From the NCBI GenBank assembly GCA_047495785.1, contig JBLDXI010000021.1:2542001-2606000 (forward strand): DNA of 64,000 nt, given 5' to 3'. Of the stretch, positions 1 to 11,260 are shown in pieces (position 1 is the first letter of the stretch; every line of letters starts with the position of its first letter). The position numbers were made by a program, and so were the translations under genes. The notes under the pieces are model-generated. The model worked only from the letters and a program-made list of their open reading frames with translations. It had not been told where the DNA came from and did no database searches. This DNA comes from Lepidodermella squamata (Eukaryota > Animalia > Gastrotricha).

Positions 1-1372
1 TCGGAAGTATGTCAATCTGCTATTGCTGACGTAGACAGGCCCAGTAATTAGCGTGACTTCTTGAGAGCCTTTGCTTGTAAGTTGTTGTTTTCTTTTGAAA
101 GCATCATATCGAAGAACAAAGCAAAGTAGAAGACCTGGAACAACAATATCACCCAATCTGAAATAAAGTAATAAATTAATATATTTAGCCTCATTAAGGC
201 AAAAAATTACCCCAGCATGGTATAGCGCCCACTTTGCCAGCTGGGAAATACGAGCTTTCCTGGCAGAGACAACTTGGTGGCGCCAACAGCGCCATTGCCC
301 GGTGAACTTATGAAATGTTGATGCGCAGAAATGTGCTCATAATTGTGTTGAGGAACTTGAGATGGCCCACTCGAACGAACAACAAATTGCGGCTCTCGAG
401 CTAATGGTGCTGAAGTTGACGCGGCAGATCCGAATGATGAGACTAAAACTGCCAACGGGGAATCCACTGTTCGTGTAGCAACGCGTACCATTACATTCGT
501 TTGGAACAAATATGAGGAGAAGAAAACCCAGAAAATGTCGTATAAAAGTAGACCAACAAGAAGGAGAGTTGAAACTTTCAGAGATGGCAATCGAACAAGC
601 GCTATAAAAGCCACACATAATCCCATTGCTAGTAAATCCATTAATAGCCAATGCCCAGTAACAAGCCAAAGAGATACTAGCGTTGCTCCGCCGACTGCCG
701 CAGCAATTTCTGATGGTTGATAGCGCCCAAAACAAAGTACCGAGCCAGTCGCTCGATGGTACGAGGCTGAGCAAGGTGCCATAAGAGCTTGGCATAATGG
801 TAAAAGTAAGAAAGCAAATGCCGCTGTCGCAAGTACACATGTCGCGATGACAAAAATTAGCTGAAGGCTCTCGAAATACAAAAACATGACCAATAAAGAC
901 ACAGAAGCAGCTAGTGGCATCAGGGCAGCCTATGGTCAAAAGTGGGTTCATCAGCAGCAAATTTTAAAATTGAAGCATTACCTGCCATGAGCCCAAAATG
1001 TGCCATGTGCACCAAGGCGGTGGGTTGTTTTGCCTGAGGTTACGACTGCGATCGTTGGGACAGTCTGAACGGCCATGTTGCGAATCAAGGTTTAACGAGC
1101 TACAAAACAAGTCAATCATTTTCAAAAAGAAAATCCAACAAATATTGAATACCGAAAGCTTCCATAAACAATGAGTGCGACAGAAACAGCGTATGTTGCC
1201 AGTCTAGACGTGTCGAATGCTGAATAGGGGCTAAAAATGAAAGTATTGCTGCTTTACACGACAAATGATATTAACTAATAACAAACAGTAACGACACTGG
1301 CTCGCCGGCTCCATTGTATGAATTGTCATAAACAGCCCCACTCTGCGATTGCGGAAAAGAACTCTTATCCAT
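1..1372 (-). CDS. SPPL3: Signal peptide peptidase-like 3 (GxGD aspartyl intramembrane protease); 3' end lies beyond the window
   Basis: Spliced reading MDKSSFPQ...PYSAFDTSRLATYAVSVALIVYGSFRSLN...LLYDIFWVFFS (YD)...KLSLPGKLVFPS...MLGLGDIVVPGLLL (GxGD, joined across intron 210-158). Four short GT-AG introns. Confidence 0.93.
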
Positions 1373-1864
1373 CCTAAAATTTATAATGAATGCAATGGAA
1401 TATCGATGAAATTGATCATAAATAGAGGTCAAACGACGAATGAGAAATACTAAAGAACTAGCAGCCGCCCTATTACTTTTTTCCCACTTTCTTACTACTT
1501 ACTAATCAGTTCTAGTTTACAGAGGGTGAAGTTGTTAACACTCGATAAATTAGTGGACCAATCGTATTCCGCAATTATGGAAATACCGTGATGGAATACA
1601 GGGAATTCAAAATTCAAGAAGCAAGAATCTGGATCTGCAGTTGACTTATCTAGTGGGATATTAGGGGAAGCAAGGAACAGGCGAGGAGAGTGATGCCACG
1701 GTGACGAAATGCGGTATACATTCTTGATTCACGAGCCCAATCACAAGTTTCCCGGTGTTTGCTTGGGTATTAGGCATCAGTTTAAGGACTTCAGTCACTA
1801 TGGGGACAACGATATACTTTTTACAAGCGTTTATTGCGCATAAGTAAACTGGTATAGTACATTA

Positions 1865-2024
1865 CGTTCACGTCGCGGAAGAACTCGCACTTCGGTGTTT
1901 TTTTTTGATTACTGTACTGTCAAGTACGGTTGGCTGGCTGTATTTTTCCGTTATATTTACACCTACTGTACTCAGTGTATAGTCGGACTTTTTCCGAAGT
2001 GCGAGTTCTTCCGCGACGTGAACG
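1865..2024. repeat. Inverted-repeat (MITE-like) element with perfect 31-bp arms
   Basis: 1865-1895 CGTTCACGTCGCGGAAGAACTCGCACTTCGG is the exact reverse complement of 1994-2024. Confidence 0.8.
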
Positions 2025-2197
2025 ATTACAGTTATAACATTTTAACACCTCTACAGTTCTCTGTTGTTCCTCTACAGTTCGATACCAAAAGCAGTTTGAA
2101 AAAAAGTCGAAGTCCGGGCAAAGAGACATTGTTAATTCATGATCATGATCGTGATTCGTGAAGTGACCGATAAAATCAATCGACCTATTCCGGGAAC

Positions 2198-2628
2198 CAG
2201 TGTGGTCCAAACGTGGAATCCGGAGACTTTTGGACTCTTTTCGACGTTTTGTGGGCTCCGGAACGTTTTTTGGTTATTTCGAGGTTGGACTCCAAATGGG
2301 CTCCGAATCTGGACTTCGCCAGGCTCCATCGGACTCCCTCACCTGAAAGTGGTCACCAACTGGAGGTTGCCCATGAATCCGCGAACTTTAAATGCATTTT
2401 AACCATTTTCGGCTTGAAAATGCTCAATAAAGCGTTAGCTAAAGCTCGCTTCGCTCACGAGTCGACTTTTTTGAGTAATTTTTCAGGCCGTGAATTTGTC
2501 TGAACACAAGGGTAAAAGCATATCACCCCCCCCCCCCTCCAAATTTTACTGAATACACTGTGTGGACTCCCCCGGCGTTTTTGGGCTCCGACTGCGGACT
2601 CCAAACTTTTTGGACTTGGACCACACTG
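2198..2628. mobile_element. hAT-like non-autonomous element (MITE)
   Basis: 13-bp TIR CAGTGTGGTCCAA...TTGGACCACACTG. 8-bp TSD CCGGGAAC/TCGGGAAC (1 mismatch). Many subterminal GG(A/G)CTCC repeats. Confidence 0.8.
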
Positions 2629-3642
2629 TCGGGAACCGTAAGCCCAATCGCCAGTCGCCCGACGACATTCTGGGCTTCAGTTTGAGAATTTAGAACCCCA
2701 GTCACCGCTTTGGCGATGTTTTACACGACGGGTTAAGTGGCACAAAAAGAATTGGAATAAAATAGATTTCGGATCGTTGACTGCTATATACCCTCTATTT
2801 CATATAAATCTCTATTCCGAAACAATTTTTCTCCTAAATAGTTTATCAGAAAAATTTAATTATCATATAGCGCGGAGGGTTGTCAGAGCATTATTTCTGA
2901 AGGAGGAATGATGTTGCCGACAGGGGAATAGCAGCCAACAAAACACTGTTCAACCTTTGAAGTCTCGATGAGTGCGCGGTGTCGATTATTAGTTCGTCCG
3001 GCAATGCCGAACGGATAGCGCAGGCCTTCCTATTAGGCTCCATTTACTATCAAATCTACAAGCTACAAGTATAAGTAGTAAAGCAGTAAAATGGGTAAAG
3101 GAACGTGAATACTCACAATTCTCTCGCTCGCCTTTTTCTCAATTATTTAATCAAGTTTCAAAATTGATCCCTCAACTCTACAACCTTTCTGACATCTGAC
3201 AAAGCAAATGCTCCTCTGCCCTTAAACTGTTCGACTTCGTTCTCACACATCACTACATTCTCGATGTTTTAAAAGGTACTTAAAGAAATCGAAGTTCACC
3301 AAAAGCACATAAGCTGAAAAACGATAAGACTGTTTCTGACTCAAAATCGGAAGAAATATCGTCAGCTAGAGCTCGCTTCGCTTGCGTTAAAAATCATAGT
3401 TACATAACAATTCTCCGAAAAGAATTGTACCGTTCGTCATTAATGAGGTTTCCATATAATTCTGGTTGGAAGCGTTCATTATAGCCCTAGCTACTATTGC
3501 TTTGGGCCGAAGGTGTCCAACTTGATTTCGCCACTAAAAATATTGAAAATATATACTTAACTGATTTAAACACAAAAAAAGGTTGAAACACTACACAAGT
3601 CTCGACATCAAGGTCTCGAGGAAAACACTGCAAGAACGATCA

Positions 3643-3861
3643 TGGTACACACATATCATATCGTTAGCGACGCGCCAAAACAACCACTTTACTATTTATA
3701 GATATAATGAGGAAAGTACGTTCGAAATTAGGAAAAAATCGGTGCTCAAAAGGCCTAACGTACTTCACCTGTACGTTACGCGACTAAAAGTACGATCGAA
3801 TGAGTCATCTAAGTGGTTGTTTTGGCGCGTCGTTAACGATATAATATACGGGTGTGTATCA
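3643..3861. mobile_element. MITE-like element with about 45-bp imperfect TIRs
   Basis: ATATCGTTAGCGACGCGCCAAAACAACCACTT (about 3658-3689) is inverted at 3811-3842 with 1 mismatch, extending outwards to TACACAC/GTGTGTA. Confidence 0.7.
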
Positions 3862-4224
3862 TAGGTGGATGTCACGAGGGATATTGACCTGAAGGCTTGT
3901 TTGCTATTCTGGCGCTGCCGAAGGACTGTATAGCGGGCTGGAGGCCGAATACCGAATATCAATATTCATCGGTATCCACCAATATCACCGCGTTCCCCCA
4001 GCTATTCCAGCGCAACGCGCTTTCCCTTACGACACTTATAAGGAGCTGAACTTACCGCAGAGAAAGTAATTTTACCTCACGCGAGTATTTGTATGCTAGA
4101 GTGTCGCAGTGTGTAGTGCCGTTAAAGGTAAATCATTTACCGCAACTAGAGAACAATGGCGAGAAAGAGTTACCGTCTAATGGAGAGCTATACCGAAACG
4201 CTAGCGATACGCAAGTGAGGGCAA

Positions 4225-4800
4225 CCCTTTCGCCTTAATCGAATCCGTTTGTTTGTTCATATTTTGCTTCAGCTTCCGCATCGCCAACACCTCGTCGAAG
4301 ACCAGGCAGTCCCATTTGTTTCGTCCTTTCATTATCATCTTATCAATCGCAACACCATGGCTTTGCATGTGCTTGCCAATACCCGTATTATTGTCCGCGT
4401 TCAACTCGTTCGTGCAAGTGTCGAGACGTCATCTCGACATAATCGACAACGCACCGATCACATTTAGAGTAATACACGACTCGTTGCTCGTTGATGATAG
4501 ACGGCTTTCGCTTTTCGGACGATGACCTTCCTGCTGGCAAATACGGTTTCCCGTTCAGTCTTATTGCTGAGATCTCTCGATTGCCGTTTAACTATCCTGG
4601 AAGCTTTTCATTGATGTAGGGAATAGGTGTGCGTTCTGATTTCTTAACCTCGCTGGATTCGCGATTACGAGAGGCTTTTGAATTCGATTTTATCGAAGAT
4701 CTGATTAGAATTTTCACTTTTCATGGGTATTTGGGGAGAAGAATCAAGTCATTTTTCTAAACAAGCCATTAATCGTCGCTCACCGCCATCTGAGATATGA
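4225..4800 (-). mobile_element. Penelope-like retroelement 3' fragment (GIY-YIG endonuclease), degraded
   Basis: Minus strand encodes ..CDRCVVDYV..TCT..GIGKHMQSH..KGRNKWDCLV..MNKQTDSIKAK, a typical PLE GIY-YIG C-terminus. Second copy at 51.8-52.6 kb. Confidence 0.7.
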
Positions 4801-6847
4801 TGCGGTAGTTGACCCCGATCAGGTTTCGGACCTATTCATTCATTCGACTGAAATCTAAAATCCTTCATTGGGATATGATGTAGTTTTCGGAGGCTCAAAC
4901 TTCAAGTTTCAGGCGAACGATTTAGAACAAGGTACAAACTACGTTTGAACCTGTTGGCACGTTTGAATAACGTTTGAATTTAACGCTGGAGGTAATACGT
5001 TTGACGGTTTACTAGTTGACAACTTTCGATAGTTTTTCTTCACTTCGTGCTTTTCGTGCACTAACCTGGGGCGTTATTAATAAAAGAGTCGAATCATGAG
5101 TTTGACCATTTCTTTTTAATTGGCAGTTCTCGGAAAAATATTATGAAGCTTGCAGTAACTTACTCCGTCTGTGGGGAGTTTTCCCTTTTCATCAACTTAC
5201 CGGTAAAGGTAACAGTTCCTGTGTCCGTTACACACCATCCTGAACTTCTCTTAGCCTAAAAAGATTTGATTGATGGTATGTTTCACAATCAACAGGCGTA
5301 TTTATAAGTTCCGTGAAAGATCAGCGTCCAGCAAACATGACGTGTACAATTTAAGCGGGAGATTAAAAGTGGGATGCAAACTATGCGGTCTGTTTACAAC
5401 ACTGAAATCTCCATCGGTTTACATTATTCAGCGTTTAAATTGAGTAATTAAGCAATTATGAGATCCACATCCACCTAGGCAGGTACTTTGGTAAGTTGGA
5501 AATTTGAAATCAGTCTTTCGCTAACACCAGCACTAACGTGTTGATCTAGCTGGAATTTCATCTTACTAACAAGATTGTGAACATAGTTTTTTCAAACAAA
5601 TGAAGAATTTCGCTTTAAAGTGGACTCAGGGGAGCTGTTACTCCCCCTTCCACAGCTACGCCTCAGACACCTCTGACAGACGCGTTCCCACGCGTGTTTC
5701 CCTGCAACGCAAGTTGCGAGATTCGCGCAAAAGTTTTGAATAAATTAGCGCGCTATGTTTTCACAGTAAATTTGAAATATTTTTCTCAAACTACTAGTAT
5801 TTTATATTTTTCAGAAAAGAAATAGCGGAAATTATTATTTCAAAATTAATACCTGAAAATTGAGGGTATCAACATTTTGGGGGAACGAGAACACCCGTCA
5901 AATTTACTCCTGTTTTGGCAAGGTAGCTTCTGTAGGCAACTTTTACCCCGGGATAAGACGCAGTCCTAAAGGCCTGCGAATTCTGGTTCTTGCTCCGTAG
6001 CCCTTGGAGCTCGCACTCTTGATGACTGGTGTGATGCGACTTGGATCTTCGAACTTCTCTCACGGCTGCGTACTCTCAAGTCATTAGTAAGAGTCAGTTA
6101 AGGGTTAAGGGCTTGCTATAGGAAAACCTTGATCTCACGGTCCTGTCTTTTAGCTCTTCGCGGTCACAGTCCGCACTCCATACCCCTCTTTTGCATCAAG
6201 TTGCAGAAAGAGAATCTGCCAGATGGAATCACGAGTCATAACAAATATCAACATCACTCGATGGAGAGAGTTGACTGGCAATCGTGAAAGTTTGAATAGT
6301 GTGGTGAGTAGTAGCATTTGTAGCCTCTAGCCTCATTGATTTGTATATCGGCGACTGTGACCTTACATTAACTGCTGCTCTCTCAACTGCTTTAAATTCT
6401 CGACAAAGCTCAAGACTTTCTTTATTGAATAGGTAATCATTAAATATTCACACGATACACTTGGTCAGATTTTCATGAACCATGATATTCCTGTGCATTC
6501 TTGTGCAATGTGTCTCAGCAAATATAATATCATGTGATCCCCACTGTGACCGAAGACCAATTGTTTATGCATTTAGTAATACAGCTACCATAAATAGCTA
6601 ATTAGCTGACTTGGTCTCTAGATTTTTAAAGGCCCGAAAGCCCCGCCCCGTCTTTAATCCTGGTTCTGAAATTGACCTGTGCGGCAGCCCGCGTGGCAGT
6701 ACCAGCCTTTGTAATGAGTAATGAGAATGTCTCTGCTTTCTGACTTGCCCTGAGAAACCGTCATTTTCTATATTTCTAACTGCTCTGTGTGGTGGAAAAT
6801 GTCATGGATTTCTAATAATTGCATAGTAGTTACTAATTCGATAGAAA

Positions 6848-7533
6848 ATGGCTGCTAATCGTCGATTGCAAAAGGTAATTAATTTCTTTGAATTAATTGG
6901 CGTCATCTTAACTCTCTACGTTTTAGGAGCTAACTGACCTGAGAGCAGCGGGCATGAAAACCTTCCGAGACATTCAAGCCGATGAGACTAACCTACTAGT
7001 TTGGAATGGACTTGTTGTTCCTGTAACTAATTTTGCATTTACATGTTTCACTGAATAATGTGAAATTACTCCTAGGAAAATGCGCCGTACAACAAAGGAG
7101 CGTTCAAAATTCAAATTGAATTCCCCGCCGAATACCCGTTCAAACCTCCGAAAATCACCTTCAAAACGAAAATCTATCATCCGAATATTGACGAAAAAGT
7201 GATTATTTAATAGCTGATAATTTGATTGCAAATAATGAATCGTATTTTGTATTCAGGGCCTTGTCTGCCTTCCAATCATCACGCAAGACAACTGGAAACC
7301 TGCGACCAAAACCGAGCAGGTCATTTTTTATAAGCAGAGAGAACGTAATATTCTTAATTGATTGTAACTTCACATAGGTCGTGCAATGCCTTATCAATTT
7401 GATCAATGAACCGGAGCCAGACCACCCGCTGCGTCCTGAGCTCGCCGAAGAATTCCAGAAAGATCGCAAGAAATTCGTGAAAAACGCGGAGGAGTTTACG
7501 AAAAAGTTTGCTGAAAAGCGTCCCGCTGAGTGA
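6848..7533 (+). CDS. UBE2L3: Ubiquitin-conjugating enzyme E2 L3 (UbcH7-like), 154 aa, 5 exons
   Basis: Exons 6848-6874, 6927-7022, 7076-7198, 7257-7319, 7378-7533: [72 protein letters not shown]. Missed by the ORF track because of introns. Confidence 0.95.
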
Positions 7534-8184
7534 AAATGCGATTTCATTATATTCTTACCAAAACTTGAACGTTTGGCAATCGACCATTTAGCGATTGGTT
7601 TTTAATTGTCTCATTAAATGTTATATTGTATGATGTTCTCCTATTCTGCTTGGATCATTAACATGACTACCTGTCGTGTAATGATTTTGCGCTCATTATA
7701 TCTGGTAATTGTATCTTGTATTCCGGTTGAGTTGCTATGATAAATTGTCTTGTGTCTTTTGAAACAGAAGAAATCTTGTGATTGCGCTGGGAATTTAATC
7801 GCGCGTAATAATCGGTGATAAACTTTTTCTAGTGCCATGTTCTGTGGTAATGTATGAAAGGGAGAAGTTGACATATTCAAATTTTCTAGCCATATTATCA
7901 ACAGATTGGCATAAAAAGCCTATCAAGTCGTAACCGACCGGTATTTTGCTACTCATTTAGTCATAGCTCTGCTTCTACGCTATCTTCAATCTTTAGGGTG
8001 ACGATATTCGAATTTCGCCATCGCGGTAAACATAGTTTTTTATCGCAAGCACTTCACCTGAGTGCCAGTTGTCCGATGATCAAATAAGGAAATTGTGCGA
8101 CAGATGACAGATGAACGGTTTGCGATGAAAATACGAAAAATAAAATGAAGCTATGTTTTGATTTGTTACTCACCGTCTCATTTA

Positions 8185-9350
8185 TTCAAGGGGAAAGCTT
8201 TCGATGAAATGAACTCGTCTTGATTCTTCCCGCTCATGGGCTCTATGAAGTTAAGCATCCAGATCCATTGGCGGCTATCAATTGTCACGGCTGAGGAAGC
8301 TACCTACTGCGTTTCGGAGGTGCCACGCAGGGCATTTGCTTTCAAGCACCTGTCGCGCTGTTTCATTAGCAGGCTGTATTTTCGCGACGAACTTCAGGTA
8401 TTCAGCCACCTCAAGGCTGCATGCCATGGAGCGAGAGCCATAGTTCTTCAGGGCATTTTGCATTTTCAAAAACATCATCAATAGCTTCGACGCGGGCGTA
8501 GGCAATGACGTCGATAGGGTCGGTCTCATAGGGCAAGTCAAGGAAGGCTCGAAGGGCGTGGGCCTGTAGATCGAGAAGGTGCTGCTTGGTCGAGGGAGGC
8601 TGGCAGTAAAAAGCGGGCGCCGCGTAAATAATGACAGATTCTAAAAGCGTCCTATAAAAAGACAAACACAACCGCTTTTCGAGGACATGGCGCCGCGCCA
8701 TGCCATACAAGGCACCGATGCGGGGCTCAAGTTTTGCCGCGATACAATTAAGATGATACATGATAGTTCCACGACAGTTGTGGCGTTAAGTCAAGGCCCA
8801 AATACCGAACCTTAGTCACTTGAGGAATGGGCTGCCCATAGAGCTGAAGTAGCACAGAGGGCGGTGTTCCACTGTAATGGCCGAATCATCGCCTCGCACT
8901 TGCCAGGGTTGAGTTTCAAGCGCCAGCGATTGCACGAGATATCTTTATATCTTTAATTCTTTAATTTCTCTAATTCTTTACCTCTTTAATGGAGCGTCGC
9001 ATCTAAGCGATTTTTTTAAGGCGGACTTTTTATTTTTTTTGTTTTAGTTCTTTGATAATATATCGAAATGACTACTTCCCAACTTTTACTAGTGGACCTG
9101 CTGATGGCGCAGTCTAGTAAAGACGTAAAGAGATAAAGAAGTAAAGAAATAAAGATATAAAGAACATGGAGCCGCTTGACGCAGGAGGAGTAGCCCTTAC
9201 CATAGGCCCAATTGATGGCGTCGTCGGCAAAAGTCGCCTTCCCAACTCGGCGCATGCCGTTGTCCGGGGCATTTCTGCCGCGTAAAAGATAAAAAGCAAG
9301 GGAGACGAAGGCGACCTCTGGGGTACGCCGCAAAAAATGTTCCTGCTATC
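8185..9350 (-). mobile_element. Degraded LINE reverse transcriptase 3' fragment, interrupted by a TCTTTA-array element
   Basis: Minus strand ATFADDA, then CNRWRLKLNPGKCEAM, VRYLGLDL, FYRTLLESVIIYAAPAF. Confidence 0.75.
8942..9162. mobile_element. Unclassified 221-bp element with inverted (TCTTTANN)6 terminal arrays
   Basis: Starts TCTTTATATCTTTA, ends TAAAGATATAAAGA and sits inside a LINE RT remnant. Internal part homologous to 57550-57715 (reverse complement). Confidence 0.75.
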
Positions 9351-11260
9351 GCTGAGTTCAGATCCTACTCTTACCTGGAATCTGGAATGACCTATCTTTC
9401 TACAAATCGGAAATCCATCTTACTATTGAAGTAGGAACTCCAGACTGTTTTGTTTGAACCTAAGACAGTGGTTCTCAAACTATTTTCTCTCCCGGTCAAA
9501 AATGGCGGCCGGCTGTTACATACAACTCGACCTGTATGGGAAAAATGAGTTGGTTCGCCCGAGCTGATAAGAGTGTGACCATCACAAGCCATCCATTCGA
9601 TTAACCGGGTGCCCGAGGTATCTCACCCCGGGGCCAAAAGCAGAGGGTGCCAGCAATTCAGGTCGCCTGCGAAGAGACAACGCTCATCGGCGTCCTTAAC
9701 TCCGCCCAGACACAATCGGAGAAAGGAGAAAGGACGTGTCAAGCTTCTCTTTCGGTGAGCAGTAGCCTGTTGATACTAACAATGTCTTGCCATTTTTGGC
9801 AGCTACCCTAACGGCACACCACTCGCTGTACTGAGTTCGGTAAGAAAATTGATCAATTATCCTAATGTTATTTTTAACAGCTATTGCGACGCCTCCGTAA
9901 TTGGCATCATTAGATGAACGGCTTTCTCTGACGACCTGAAACGCCGTAAAACCTGGAGTTTTATTGTTGTTTAGCCAAATTTCGTTAATTTATACAACAT
10001 CGAGAAATAATGTTTGAATCATGAAAATGTATTACCTATATTATTCTTCCGCTTCCGCTTCCGTGTTTTGTTCAGGTCTTCCAAACAGTTCTCCTAAATT
10101 CATGTCTTCTCAGCGTCAACTGAATAAAACTGGAGGTCAAAACTTTTCCGGGTTAGTTTATAGGCGAGTCTTCGCATGCAGGTAGATATTGTACCAGTGT
10201 TCTTCTTTCGATCGATAGCCAGAATATCCACTCGTCTACGTTGCCCATGCGAGACGCGAGACGATACAACTTCTTGAAGAACTTCCACATAATTTTGCAA
10301 TGGATACAAGTGTAAACCACAACAATTTTGAAGACACAACAAAGTGTTATGGGAAATAATTTCCAAAGTAATAATTGGATACGTCTCGTGTAGAACTCAA
10401 TATCTGTTCGGTTTCTCAGAGTTATGATAGCGCGTGAGCCGATGTAAGCGTCACCTGGTGGATGGAGATCGAACTTATTGCCATTCTGATATGGCTGCCC
10501 GATGAATCTGGCTTGATGCCGGCAGTCCGGAGTTACCGTTAACTGGGATGACTTTGACGCATCAAAAATCGAAGGCGGTCAGAAACACTAGAAAAATAAC
10601 TCTTGGCCACTAAGTCGCAAAAGTCGTTGATTAATGAGTGCTTATTTTTGTTTTTGTGCATATAGCCTTCCGCGTCTAATTGGTTAAATTGAACTCATGA
10701 TATTGTGTAGCTGCTAAACCGATTTTGAAATCTACATAACTGCTTGGATGTATCCGTGGTTTCAAGTTTTGAAATTTTCAATTGTTAATCGTAAACAGTA
10801 TAAAAAAGGGTAAGCCGAAATCACCTTTTATTATTTGATAATGTCCATGATATTGTAAGATAATATGATAACAGTTTCAAGCTCGTCTAGAAGACCGAGC
10901 GTACGGCAATCGAAGAGATAAATAACAACATTTAATAAATTAATATCGACACATGCTGAAAAGCGCATGTTTAACAATAATGCACTTTGACTGGTCACAA
11001 AAACCGATACTGCGAATGAATGATGTCTGCATATTGCAACAATAATTGCCACGATGAAAGATTAGAGACAGATATAACACAAGCAAATATTTTTACTAAA
11101 TCTGAACAGCCAAGTCATTATAAAGCAAACACATAATGCAGAATTAAGACTCTTAATATGCAAGAAATCAAACAATCGCGACGACTTAAGCGAGGGTGCC
11201 GGTAGTTGGAAGGGTCAAAAGAGCATGGGAGCGGATCAATTATTAGACTATTCGCTCTCA

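Noticed and set aside
2198-2628. Regularly spaced GGACTCC repeats resembling a CRISPR-like array
   Set aside because: Too short and irregular. Explained as subterminal repeats of a hAT MITE in a eukaryotic genome.
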